Shown here in pieces: positions 17,727 through 27,185 of a stretch of DNA of 64,000 bases (the first letter of the stretch is position 1; each line of letters opens with the position of its first letter). The notes beneath the pieces are model-generated. The model ran no database searches. It was not told where the DNA came from and saw only the letters and a program-made list of their open reading frames with translations. Both the position numbers and the translations under genes were made by a program. The stretch spans positions 1 to 64,000 of IMG/VR virus record IMGVR_UViG_3300012007_000009; one strand, given 5' to 3'. This DNA comes from a virus (taxonomy: Duplodnaviria > Caudoviricetes).

Positions 17727-20711
17727 ATGCCTTTCAACGGTATATACAATCTCCGCGACGCCAACGAGAGCGTGTCCCTGAAGCCATGGCAGATTCAGGA
17801 GATTAAGAAGTGCGCGAAAAACCCGATATACTTCATCAGGAACTACGTATATATCAACACGAAAGACTACGGGATGCAGCTGATGAAGACCTATCCGTTC
17901 CAGGACGAAGCCATCCTTAGGTTCCTGAAATACCGATTCAATATCAACAAGTGGTCGCGCCAGGTGGGTAAATCTACCATAGTGAGGGCATATATCCTGT
18001 GGTACGCCATGTTCCACAAGGACAAGCTGGTGGCCATGCTGGCAAACAAGCTGATGCTCGCCAAGGAACAGCTCCAGCTTCTCAGGGATTCGTATGTTGC
18101 GCTTCCGTTCTGGCTGCAGCCGGGCGTGAAGCTGTGGAACAAGATGAGCATCCAGTTCAGCAACGGATGCCGTATCATGGTCGCAGCTACTTCAGGAGAC
18201 GGTATCCGTGGTTTCTCGCCCAACCTCCTGTACCTGGACGAATTCGCGTTCCTCCGCCCGGGAATGGCCGACGAGTTCATGGCTTCCGTGATGCCGACCA
18301 TTTCCTCGGGTAAAACAACCCGTATCATAATCACCAGCTGCGTTACCAAGGATACTATGGTATTCACGCCGGACGGTATCAAGACCGTGGGCGACTACGT
18401 AATAGACGATGGCCGTGTATTGGGCTACGAGGTACCGGAATACCAGGTGCTCGGGCGTTATGGCATGAACAAGGGTCATGTGATGCACAATGACGGGGAC
18501 GAAAAGGAAACCCGCATCGTGACCACCAGGCTGTCGGAAGTGGAAACATCCCTGATGCACAAGTTCTGGACATGCCGGGATGGAGAATACAAGATTCGCC
18601 GAGCCCACGAGCTCAAGGTGGGTGACTATGTCATGGTAAAGTACGGCATGAACTGCTGGGGGAACGATAGGATTGACTTCGATGATAGTAAGAAGTCAAA
18701 ATCCAGGAAATTTACTTTTGGACATTTAACCAAAATTACTGAACAGATAGCATATTTATTTGGATTATATATCGCCGAAGGTAATATAAACACTAATCCA
18801 CGTAACAAAAGTTTAATTATTACCTGTGGTGATGATGTCTCATCAATTTTTGAAGAACTTGGTCTTACGTTTTATAAGCGTGATAAGTTCCATTATCAAA
18901 TATCATCAGCTAGCGTATATGAACTATTCGAATATATTGGGTTTGACCCGACGCGTCACGCAAATACAAAAATAATTCCTTCGCGCCTTATGCAAATGTC
19001 CAAAGCATGTACATCCGCAATGCTTCGCGGTATGTTTGATGGTGATGGTTGTTCCACTAAAAAACGAAAACGATTAACATACACCTCCACATCAAAACGT
19101 CTTATTGACCAATTACGAGTTCTCTTATGTAATTATGGTATCTTATGTACGGTAAATCATCGAATCATCAAGCCTACAAAGCGGGTAAAAGTAACAAGTG
19201 AAACATGGACTATTGAAGTAAATCAGCAAGCAATGGTCGATTTGTATTTCAAAGAAATTGGATTCGGATTTAAGCGTAAACTTGATACAGTCCTTACACA
19301 GGTTCAACGGAAAAATAGACCAAGCCGTTATGACTACATACCATATGCGGCTCCTATAATTCGCCAGTTAAAAAAAGAAAAAGTACTGACTAATCGAGAA
19401 TTTAAGCTTACCGGTGGAATATGCGATAAGCACGATATTCATCTAAACCGTAAGTTGATTCTTAACATTAAGGCAAAACTTCCTGAAGAAATCTGGTCGA
19501 AATATGATATATTCAAAAATGCCGAGCCGGATTGCGTATGGACACCTATTACCAAGCTTACAGCGTCACATAATAAAGTGTACGATTTCTCCTTAAATGA
19601 TGATAATCCGGGTGGGCAAGAATGGTCACATTCAGTTGTACATAATTTGATAGTTTGTCTACAAACCCCTAATGGGTTAAACCACTTCTACAACATGTGG
19701 CAGGATGGTGTTGATGAAAATACAGCAACACCCCATGAACTGCAGTCAAAATATGTCAGGTCCGCCGTTCTATGGAACGAGGTTCCCGGGAGAGACCCGC
19801 AATGGGGCATAGACGAAGAGGCTCGTATCGGAGAACAGAAATTCCGCCAGGAATACCTGTGCGAGTTCGTCGGTTCAGCAACCACGCTTATCGACTACAA
19901 GACCCTCCAGCACCTGCACCCCGTACCTCCCATGAAAATACCGGGAGTTCCCAAAGAGTATTCCCTCCGTGTCTTCTCTCCACCTCTCGCGAAGCAGCTT
20001 GTCGAAAAGGAGGACTGGTGCTATGTCGCCGCGCTTGATACCGGTTTCGGCATGAGGCAGGACTATCACGTCCTCCAGATACTCCTGGCCAAGACCTCGT
20101 GCCGTGCGGAACAGGTGCTTGTGCTCTCGTCGAACGAAGTCACCGTGGAGGACTTCTGTTCCATGGCCGCCAGCATACTCCGCATGTACGGCAACCCGCC
20201 GCTCACCATCGAGTACAACGGCGGCTCCGGCATGACCGCCCACAAGACGATGTTCGAGAAGCTCGGATACGACAACCTCATCAACTACGACAAGTACTTC
20301 CGCGGTATATACTCGACCAACCCAATCAAGACCACCGCGGTCATGCTCCTGAAGCTGTACGTACAGAGGGGATACCTCACCCTGAAGGACGAGAAGACAA
20401 TCAACGAGCTGATGAGCTTCACAAAGCTGAACCAGTTCACCTGGGGTGGCAGCGGAGGAAACCACGACGACCACGTGACCAGCCTTTACTGGTGCGTGTA
20501 CTTCATGGAATCCGGGTGGTTCCCCGGCAAGCACGAGGACATCCAGTTCCTTGACGCGATGGAGATAACATTCGCAGGTGGCGAGGTCAGGAACGACATG
20601 ACTGCCGCCGTACTTACCGGGGCGGACCCGGTAGCCATAAAGGAGCAGCAGGCAATCGCCCACCTGGAAGCGACCCGTCCTGCTGGAGAAATGGTGCCCG
20701 TGCCCGGTTAG
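17727..20711 (+). CDS. Terminase large subunit (T4 gp17-like), intein-containing
   Basis: SRQVGKST, YLDEFAF, IIITS|TPNG, FRQEYLCEF, DTGFG, HDDHV. Confidence 0.95.
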   Translation: MPFNGIYNLRDANESVSLKPWQIQEIKKCAKNPIYFIRNYVYINTKDYGMQLMKTYPFQDEAILRFLKYRFNINKWSRQVGKSTIVRAYILWYAMFHKDKLVAMLANKLMLAKEQLQLLRDSYVALPFWLQPGVKLWNKMSIQFSNGCRIMVAATSGDGIRGFSPNLLYLDEFAFLRPGMADEFMASVMPTISSGKTTRIIITSCVTKDTMVFTPDGIKTVGDYVIDDGRVLGYEVPEYQVLGRYGMNKGHVMHNDGDEKETRIVTTRLSEVETSLMHKFWTCRDGEYKIRRAHELKVGDYVMVKYGMNCWGNDRIDFDDSKKSKSRKFTFGHLTKITEQIAYLFGLYIAEGNINTNPRNKSLIITCGDDVSSIFEELGLTFYKRDKFHYQISSASVYELFEYIGFDPTRHANTKIIPSRLMQMSKACTSAMLRGMFDGDGCSTKKRKRLTYTSTSKRLIDQLRVLLCNYGILCTVNHRIIKPTKRVKVTSETWTIEVNQQAMVDLYFKEIGFGFKRKLDTVLTQVQRKNRPSRYDYIPYAAPIIRQLKKEKVLTNREFKLTGGICDKHDIHLNRKLILNIKAKLPEEIWSKYDIFKNAEPDCVWTPITKLTASHNKVYDFSLNDDNPGGQEWSHSVVHNLIVCLQTPNGLNHFYNMWQDGVDENTATPHELQSKYVRSAVLWNEVPGRDPQWGIDEEARIGEQKFRQEYLCEFVGSATTLIDYKTLQHLHPVPPMKIPGVPKEYSLRVFSPPLAKQLVEKEDWCYVAALDTGFGMRQDYHVLQILLAKTSCRAEQVLVLSSNEVTVEDFCSMAASILRMYGNPPLTIEYNGGSGMTAHKTMFEKLGYDNLINYDKYFRGIYSTNPIKTTAVMLLKLYVQRGYLTLKDEKTINELMSFTKLNQFTWGGSGGNHDDHVTSLYWCVYFMESGWFPGKHEDIQFLDAMEITFAGGEVRNDMTAAVLTGADPVAIKEQQAIAHLEATRPAGEMVPVPG
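18339..19664 (+). mobile_element. Intein (442 aa) with LAGLIDADG endonuclease
   Basis: Starts CVTKDT and ends VCLQ before T+1. Removal restores IIITSTPNG. Contains LFGLYIAEG and LRGMFDGDG. Confidence 0.92.
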
Positions 20712-20720
20712 GAGGAAACG

Positions 20721-21440
20721 TTGAAAAGCGTAATCGACTACTGGCACTGGCCGACAACGGCTATATACGAGGCCGAGTTCGGGAACTTCCTCGTGGAGAG
20801 CCTGGCCCCCTCGAGTACGGACCTGTTCGTGCGCCGGATGGAGGACGCGTTTCCCGGGTTTTCCGGGTACCTGATTACGGACCTCCCGGTAGCCGCCGGG
20901 TGCGTCGCGGTATCGAAGTTCATCCTCGACAGGATACCCGAGGAAAAGCTGAGGGAAAGGTCGGACGCGTTCTCGTACAACATGACCAGGATGAGCAGCG
21001 TACTGATGTTCAAGCCTCGCATGGCCCCGTCGGGACTTCCCAGGGACACGTTCTACGTCCACCTGAGCCCCGTCGACTGCCTGGACATCAACGGTATAAG
21101 GTGCAAGGCATCCGGGAGGTTCGAGGAATACGAGCCCCGGATATACCTGGTACCGCTGTATTCCCTGGTAGATTCCTCGTTGCCTCCAGACGAACAGTAC
21201 GCCGTGCTTATCGGGAAGTGCCGGGAAATCGCCGGGAGGTTCAACGATGTGTACCTTGAGGCAGGGAAAATATCGAAGGCCGAGCCGTACAACGTTTACC
21301 TGGTGAAGCTGCCGGACGGCTATCCCGTGTACGACGACTTCTCCACCGGGGATGCCTCGGTATACGTCGAGAACAACATACCCGCGAGTGCCGTGCGCAA
21401 GGTAGGCCGCATCGAGCCAACTGTCGAAAGCGAGAAATAG
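20721..21440 (+). CDS. Putative ADP-ribosyltransferase-fold (Tpt1/KptA-like) protein
   Basis: FYVHLSP...INGIRCK...PRIYL...VYVENNIP pattern. RBS AGGAGG with TTG start. Confidence 0.45.
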   Translation: MKSVIDYWHWPTTAIYEAEFGNFLVESLAPSSTDLFVRRMEDAFPGFSGYLITDLPVAAGCVAVSKFILDRIPEEKLRERSDAFSYNMTRMSSVLMFKPRMAPSGLPRDTFYVHLSPVDCLDINGIRCKASGRFEEYEPRIYLVPLYSLVDSSLPPDEQYAVLIGKCREIAGRFNDVYLEAGKISKAEPYNVYLVKLPDGYPVYDDFSTGDASVYVENNIPASAVRKVGRIEPTVESEK

Positions 21441-21486
21441 CCCGAGCATATAAACTGCGGAAGAACGAAATTCACGCGGTCATACC

Positions 21487-22599
21487 ATGTTCAACGAACT
21501 CGACGAATTGCTACAGCTCACGAAACTCGTGGAAGCCACAACGACAAACCAGGATACCGAGACCGAGGAGGAGGACCTCCCCGCTGCGGTGCGTGTCTAC
21601 GATGACGACTACAGCGGCAAGTTCAAGACGCTGACTACCAGGAAGGCTCCCGAGGTGGCAGACGACGAGATTCCCCAGAAGCCGAAGGACGGGAAGGCCT
21701 ACGGTAGCTCCGGGAATGCCACGTTCAGGGACAAGGAAGGGAAGGCCATAGAGAACGGCCCGCTGTTCGAGGAAGACGGACCAACCGAACAGCCGGAAGG
21801 CGGGGAAACCGAACAGCCGGAACAGCAGCCGGCGGCAGAACCTTCACAGTCAGATACAAAAAGCTGTGTTAATAATGCCGCATCCAGTACCAAGGACGCA
21901 GCCAATGCAATCGGGGATGCCGTCAACAATGCAATGAATAATCCCGGCGAAATTCCAATCGACGAGGAATGCACCACATCCATCGGCAAGTCCCTCAAGA
22001 GGGGCATGTCCTTCAGTCTTGGTGAGAGTGTCGAGAAGGGCATGGGCAGCGAGTTCGTGAACAAGTACATGTTCGAGTGCTGTTCCCGGGCGTGCTGCTG
22101 CAGGGAGAACCCGTTCAAGCTCGGCGATGCCGTCCAGGTGGCCGGGATTCCCCGCATCTTCATCGTGAAGAACAACGACGGCAACATGATTACGACCGCC
22201 AAGCCGACGAACTGCCAGGCCGACTTCGCCAAGGGCAAGGACGGCGTGTGGCCGGAATACTGCTTCCAGTGCAACGAGCTGTCGAGGGTGGGCAACGCTT
22301 CCCTGGACCAGGCCGACGAGCTTGCCGAGTTCAACGACCGCGACATCGACACTACCGGGTTCAACGGCCTGACCATCGATGCCCGTCCGATGGAAATCGC
22401 CCAGGACTATGCGAGGGAAATGACCATGGACGACGTGGCGGACAACCTCGACGAGATTCTCGGCGCGTACCGCTCGGCCGCTTCCGGCAACGACAACGAG
22501 TTCTCCTACACCAAGTGCTCCCCGGTAGTTACGTACGTGCTGCCCAGCGGCGAGATAACCACCCAGTGCATCGAGGGTGGATACGAGAAGAGGTTCTAG
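21487..22599 (+). CDS. Acidic, Cys-containing hypothetical protein (late-like)
   Basis: ATAAACT upstream; LVEA, LFEE and MFEC motifs. Confidence 0.65.
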   Translation: MFNELDELLQLTKLVEATTTNQDTETEEEDLPAAVRVYDDDYSGKFKTLTTRKAPEVADDEIPQKPKDGKAYGSSGNATFRDKEGKAIENGPLFEEDGPTEQPEGGETEQPEQQPAAEPSQSDTKSCVNNAASSTKDAANAIGDAVNNAMNNPGEIPIDEECTTSIGKSLKRGMSFSLGESVEKGMGSEFVNKYMFECCSRACCCRENPFKLGDAVQVAGIPRIFIVKNNDGNMITTAKPTNCQADFAKGKDGVWPEYCFQCNELSRVGNASLDQADELAEFNDRDIDTTGFNGLTIDARPMEIAQDYAREMTMDDVADNLDEILGAYRSAASGNDNEFSYTKCSPVVTYVLPSGEITTQCIEGGYEKRF

Positions 22600-22971
22600 A
22601 TGAAGCCAGTACTAGTATACGACCCGAGCTGCCCGCTCTGTGCCAACTACCAGCGCTTCCTCGAGAAGAGGCTCGGTGACCGTCTCGGTTACGAGCCGGG
22701 AAATGCCGAGGCCAGCGACGTCAAGTACAGGGCGACGGACGGCAAGGAGTACAGCGGAACCAGGGCAATCGAGAAGATGACAATCGACTTCCCGGAAATC
22801 CGCGACCTGTCCTTCATGCTCCCGCAGAAACTCCGCGACTTCGGTGTGAAGGTTCCCGGGAAGCTCCCGGTAGCCGGGGTGAAAGCCGTGTACAAGGTGA
22901 GCGGTGCAGTCAGGAAGACCTACCAGACGGTGAGAAAGGGCTGCAACTGCGGTGGCGGAAAAAGGAAGTGA
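22600..22971 (+). CDS. DCC1/DUF393-like thiol-disulfide oxidoreductase
   Basis: N-terminal VLVYDPSCPLC (DxxCxxC). Confidence 0.7.
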   Translation: MKPVLVYDPSCPLCANYQRFLEKRLGDRLGYEPGNAEASDVKYRATDGKEYSGTRAIEKMTIDFPEIRDLSFMLPQKLRDFGVKVPGKLPVAGVKAVYKVSGAVRKTYQTVRKGCNCGGGKRK

Positions 22972-22989
22972 CTGTTCCACCGAAACAAG

Positions 22990-23016
22990 AAACCCGGGTA
23001 GTTCCCCGGGTTTTTC
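22990..23016. terminator. Bidirectional intrinsic terminator
   Basis: AAACCCGGG...CCCGGGTTTTT. Confidence 0.8.
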
Positions 23017-23018
23017 TT

Positions 23019-23960
23019 TTAGCCGACCTTGATTGATATTCCGCCGGGCCCTGACGCCCCCAGTATATCCATCTCGATATGGAGGACCCCCATGTTCAGG
23101 TCCGTCTTGAACGAGTCCTGGTCCACGGGACGGGGGAAGTTGAAGTTGTAGCTGAACTTTTCCACGAACGGCGGTATGGTGACCATCGCCTCGAACTCGG
23201 GACGCTTGCCCTTGTTCCCCTTGCCCTTGGCCTTCGGGGCTAGCCTGTCGGCATGGAGCTTCCTCGTGCCGGTGATTACGAGGTTCATGTTCACGTAGGA
23301 CACCGCGATGTCCTCCGGTGCGACCCCCGGGAGGTCCAGGTAGAAATGGTACTTCCCGTTCGCGACAATCATCTCGTAGTACGGCTCGCCGTAGTTGGAG
23401 GGCACCTTGTGGATGTCGTCGTTCTGCTTCCCCTGCGGTTGCTGCTGTTGCTGCTGGTAGTACATCTGCTGTTGCTGGTAGTACATCTGCTGTTCCTGCT
23501 GCCGCTGCTGTTCCTGCCACTGCTGCTCCTGCTGCCACTGCTGCTGACGTTCCCATTCCTGCTGCTGCCACTGCTGTTGCTGGGCGAGCTGCTGCTGGGC
23601 CATCTGCTGCTGTTGGCGCTGCTGTGCAATCCTGGCACCGCCGATTCTCCTGGGGCCCGCCTGCCTTGCCTGCGGGCGCTGCCTTGGAGTGTTTACCACC
23701 TGTCCGGGTATAAGGTTGGTGGCGTTGATTCTGGCGACCTCGCGCATGGTCGCATCGTTGAGCCTGTCGGGATTGCCGCCACCCTTCACTTCCTGGGGCA
23801 TCTGCGGATGCTCGCTGTAAATCACGGTAGGGGCGTTCTCGTCATAGTCGTTATAGTAAGGCATGTCTACCTCGTCTCCAGTTTCTTCGTCCAGTTCCCA
23901 CTTGTCGTCGTCGCCGCTGCTTCCGGTGACGAACTCCTTGATTCTGCTAAGGATACCCAC
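23019..23960 (-). CDS. Small heat-shock protein (Hsp20) with Q-rich N-terminal region
   Basis: DLPGVAPEDIAV, LVITGTR, FNFPRPVD, GVLHI, and a C-terminal IxI motif (ISIKV). Confidence 0.85.
   Translation of the reverse strand: MGILSRIKEFVTGSSGDDDKWELDEETGDEVDMPYYNDYDENAPTVIYSEHPQMPQEVKGGGNPDRLNDATMREVARINATNLIPGQVVNTPRQRPQARQAGPRRIGGARIAQQRQQQQMAQQQLAQQQQWQQQEWERQQQWQQEQQWQEQQRQQEQQMYYQQQQMYYQQQQQQPQGKQNDDIHKVPSNYGEPYYEMIVANGKYHFYLDLPGVAPEDIAVSYVNMNLVITGTRKLHADRLAPKAKGKGNKGKRPEFEAMVTIPPFVEKFSYNFNFPRPVDQDSFKTDLNMGVLHIEMDILGASGPGGISIKVG
23440..23630 (-). repeat. CAG-rich poly-Gln coding tract with W/Y spacers
   Basis: QQQQWQQQEWERQQQWQQEQQW...MYYQQQQMYYQQQQQQ. Confidence 0.9.
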
Positions 23961-23962
23961 AT

Positions 23963-24790
23963 CTAGTAACCCCCGTTCTCGAAGTCGTCGAGCCCGTGCG
24001 CCTCGCGCAGTTTCGCAAGCGCCCTCGACTTGGCGCGGCGGACCCAGTCCTTGCTGTTGCCGGTCTCGGCCGCCACATCATCTAAACTAGATTCTTCTCC
24101 GTCGAGTCCGTACAGGTGCCTGAGCAATTTGCTCTCCTCGATGGTGAGCGTACACTTCATCTCGGAGTCTATGCGCTCCCTCAGGAGTTCCCGAGAATGC
24201 CCGTAGTCGGGCAGGCACTCGATGTCAGAGTCGACCAGGGTGTCCCCGACCACGAGGGACTCGTCGTCGTCTTCCTCGGAAGATACCGGCACGTCCGTGG
24301 AAATCGTGTGGAGCATCGAGGCCTCCGCCTCCTTGCCGTACCTGATTCCCTCTACAGTTCCGCCGTCCTTCAGCACCTTGAGTACCTTCTTGCGTAGCCT
24401 TACGGGTACGCGCACCAGGTCGTTCTCCTGCACGGTGCTGCTCATCCGCGTACGCAGGTACCACACCGCGTACGAGCCGAACTTGACGCCGGTCCGCCAG
24501 TCGAACCTGTAGAAAGCCTCCATGAGGCCCAGCTTGCCGTCGGAGTAGAAGTCCTCCACGGGAAGCCCCGTTATCCTGCTGTAGTCCATGGCGAACTTGA
24601 GGGCGAACCTCAGGTTGGACCGTATGACTTTCAGCTTGGCCGCCTCCCTGACCGATGGAGAGGCCGTGTCGCTGTGGTATATCTGGAAGCAGGCGGTCTC
24701 CGCCTCCTTCCCTATTATCTCGTATTCCGAAGTTTCCCTGATTAGGAGGTCGAGCGTCCTCGAATCGGTTTCTGCTGCTGTCTTTGCCAT
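23963..24790 (-). CDS. Sigma70-family RNA polymerase sigma factor
   Basis: NLRFALKFA, GKLGLMEAFYRFD..GVKFGSYAVWY, region-4 HTH ...RALAKLR. Confidence 0.92.
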   Translation of the reverse strand: MAKTAAETDSRTLDLLIRETSEYEIIGKEAETACFQIYHSDTASPSVREAAKLKVIRSNLRFALKFAMDYSRITGLPVEDFYSDGKLGLMEAFYRFDWRTGVKFGSYAVWYLRTRMSSTVQENDLVRVPVRLRKKVLKVLKDGGTVEGIRYGKEAEASMLHTISTDVPVSSEEDDDESLVVGDTLVDSDIECLPDYGHSRELLRERIDSEMKCTLTIEESKLLRHLYGLDGEESSLDDVAAETGNSKDWVRRAKSRALAKLREAHGLDDFENGGY

Positions 24791-24822
24791 ACGGACACTG
24801 GTTCCGTGGTTGTGTTGACATT

Positions 24823-24851
24823 AATATAACATATTATCAACAGGTTGTCAA
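24823..24851 (-). promoter_or_regulatory. Canonical sigma70 promoter for the sigma gene
   Basis: TTGACA (24851-24846), 17-nt spacer, TATATT (24828-24823). Confidence 0.75.
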
Positions 24852-24888
24852 CAGTTTATTAAGAAAAAAAATATATAAACTGGGATTT

Positions 24889-25218
24889 ATGCCAACAAAA
24901 AAAGAGATACGGGGGATTCTCCCGAACATCGACCAGGCGAAATTCGTCGACCTGGCCTCGCGGGCGGTGGAAAAGCTGTGCAAACGGGCACCGGACGGGG
25001 TGACCATGATATCCTACTCAGGCCCCGGGAAGTCCTACTGCGACTTCGTCGTCTCGCTCCGCTGCAGCAAGGACGGCAAGAAGTTCGAGGTGTACAGGAA
25101 CCGTGACGGCGAGCTGGTGCTGGCCGTGGACGACGGGGATATCACCGCCATAAGCTTCAAGTACATATTCATAGAGCGGCACTTGCGCTCGAAACTGGGA
25201 GAATCTCTGGATGGCTAA
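24889..25218 (+). CDS. Hypothetical protein
   Basis: ATG 8 nt after ATAAACT; overlaps the infA start. Confidence 0.65.
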   Translation: MPTKKEIRGILPNIDQAKFVDLASRAVEKLCKRAPDGVTMISYSGPGKSYCDFVVSLRCSKDGKKFEVYRNRDGELVLAVDDGDITAISFKYIFIERHLRSKLGESLDG

Positions 25219-25429
25219 GGAGAAGGGAGTCGAGGTAGACGGTACAGTGGTAGAGGCCAGGGGAAGCGGGTTCTTCCTGGTCAAGCTGGACAACGACTTC
25301 GAAGTGCTTGCCAGGCCGTGCGGAAAGATGTCCCAGCATACGATAAGGGTGTTCGTCGACGACCGAGTTAGAGTGGAAGTCAGTCCATACGACCTAGGTA
25401 GGGGACGGATAACCTACAGGTACAAATAG
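25211..25429 (+). CDS. infA: Translation initiation factor IF-1
   Basis: MAKE..VDGTVVEA...GKM...IRV..DRVRVEVSPYDLGRGRITYRYK. Confidence 0.95.
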   Translation: MAKEKGVEVDGTVVEARGSGFFLVKLDNDFEVLARPCGKMSQHTIRVFVDDRVRVEVSPYDLGRGRITYRYK

Positions 25430-25432
25430 AGA

Positions 25433-25457
25433 AATGGCCGGGAACCTCCCGGCCATT
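25433..25457. terminator. Hairpin between convergent genes
   Basis: AATGGCCGGGA-ACC-TCCCGGCCATT. Confidence 0.75.
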
Positions 25458-25483
25458 CCAGTTTCTTCCAGTTTAGACTAGGC

Positions 25484-26182
25484 TTACTTGCCGGACTTCT
25501 TCGTAGACTTCTTTACAGTCTTCTTGGCGGGAGCCTTCTTCGTGGTCTTCTTGGTAGACTTCTTGGACTTTTCCACCTTCACCGCGATTTCCGGGGTCGC
25601 AGTCACCTTGACCTTGCCTACCTTCACCGTGGCGACCTTCTTCTCGGCCTTCTTGCCGTCGGACTTGCCGGCCTTGATGCTGGACATTACCTTGTCCAGG
25701 TCATGACGGAGCTTGTTGAGCGTCTTGTCCTCGGATGCAGGAATCTTGGCAATCTTCAGCAAGTCGGTGCGCTTGGCAATCTTGTCCTTGAGCGTCTTTG
25801 CCAGGTCCTCGGCTGTAGGCTTGCCGGCGGCGACAGCCTTCTTGAGTTCCGCCTTCCTGGCACGGGTGGCCTTCTTGACGGGAGCCTTCTTCAGTTCGAC
25901 CAGGACCGTGTCCTTGCCAATCTTGTCCTCGAGCACGACGTTTCCGACCAGCGTATCGCCGTCCATCGCGAGCCCTGTGGCCAGGGTGGCCGACAGTTCC
26001 GGCTGTCCGAAGATTTCGGTTTCCTTGGTTTCCGTCTTCGTTTCCTCGGCCGTGTCCTGTGGTTCAACCGCGGCTTCTTCCTCGTCCAGGTTGTCTGAAG
26101 GGGCGGTGTTCTTCCTGAGACGGTAGGCGATTACCGCAAGCACGACGAACACTACCGCGCATGTGATTATGCTGACTAGCAT
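25484..26182 (-). CDS. Membrane-anchored protein with Lys/Ala-rich (histone H1-like) tail
   Basis: N-terminal TM helix; KKSTKKTTKKAPAKK tail. Confidence 0.7.
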   Translation of the reverse strand: MLVSIITCAVVFVVLAVIAYRLRKNTAPSDNLDEEEAAVEPQDTAEETKTETKETEIFGQPELSATLATGLAMDGDTLVGNVVLEDKIGKDTVLVELKKAPVKKATRARKAELKKAVAAGKPTAEDLAKTLKDKIAKRTDLLKIAKIPASEDKTLNKLRHDLDKVMSSIKAGKSDGKKAEKKVATVKVGKVKVTATPEIAVKVEKSKKSTKKTTKKAPAKKTVKKSTKKSGK

Positions 26183-26251
26183 GTTGTTTCTCTCCTTGTA
26201 TGGGGGTTTCTGGTGGAGAAACTATATCACTATCGATATAAACTGTTTGTC

Positions 26252-26515
26252 ATGACGAAGAAATCACGCAAAAATACCGTACCACAGGAACCTGCCGCGG
26301 ATATCCAAGCCGTTCCCGAGAAAACCACCCCGAATACCCAGTTGGCCGCACCGGCACCTGCCGCGGTACCATCCGATTCCCCCAAGGAAAAAGTCCAGCC
26401 TCAGCGCGAGGTCCAGCCCGCCCCGAAGAAGAGGGTGAGGGTAAGAAAAAAGACGACGAAGCATCTCTCCGTCGCCGTACTGTGTGCGAACCCGAACACA
26501 CGTAGATTTATCTAG
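26252..26515 (+). CDS. Small basic, Pro-rich hypothetical protein
   Basis: ATG 8 nt after ATAAACT. Confidence 0.5.
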   Translation: MTKKSRKNTVPQEPAADIQAVPEKTTPNTQLAAPAPAAVPSDSPKEKVQPQREVQPAPKKRVRVRKKTTKHLSVAVLCANPNTRRFI

Positions 26516-27102
26516 GGTGCCTCGAACACTACAGGTTCGACATCCCCGTCATCTTCGTCATCGCCCTCGTCCTCGACGGGGGCGTTTCCTATGGTAAATG
26601 ACTCGCACTCGTTCAGGATTACCTGGAACGGCTTGGGGACCTTCTTCCCCTTGTCGTCCTCCTCCTTGATGTTGAGGTACATGTGCTGGAACGCGTCGTC
26701 GTAGTCGTCGCCGTTCTTGAGGAACGTCATGACGGCCTCGCGCTCGCCCTTCTTCACGGAGAACGCGATGTCCGTGAGCATGGCCTTCAGGCAGGTGCCG
26801 GGGTTGTCCGAGTACGGGTCGTGGCCGAAGTCGATGTCCACGAAGATTCCGCAGTCGGAAAGGGGAATGTTGATTTTCCACGGGATTGCCGCGGTGGGAA
26901 TCTTCTCGGAGAAGTTGGCCAGCTCCGGGATGTTCCCGGCGGATGCCCACTTGCCGAACGCCCTGGCTATCCCGTCTATCTCGCTGTCGTTCCCGTTGCC
27001 GAATGTCTTCACCTGGAACTTGCGTACCGAGTTGTCCCTGGGGCCGAACTTTGTGAGTCCGCCCATGAAGTCCAGTGAAAGCTTTCCGTCCTGTGATTTC
27101 AT
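26512..27102 (-). CDS. Hypothetical protein with acidic C-terminal tail
   Basis: Class A motif and GGAG upstream. Confidence 0.7.
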   Translation of the reverse strand: MKSQDGKLSLDFMGGLTKFGPRDNSVRKFQVKTFGNGNDSEIDGIARAFGKWASAGNIPELANFSEKIPTAAIPWKINIPLSDCGIFVDIDFGHDPYSDNPGTCLKAMLTDIAFSVKKGEREAVMTFLKNGDDYDDAFQHMYLNIKEEDDKGKKVPKPFQVILNECESFTIGNAPVEDEGDDEDDGDVEPVVFEAP

Positions 27103-27185
27103 AAAAGAATGTCTCCTGTATGTTTCTGTTGCCTACGGGGCAAATATAGCAAAAGCGATAAACTACGGCAAACGAGGTTACGCAA

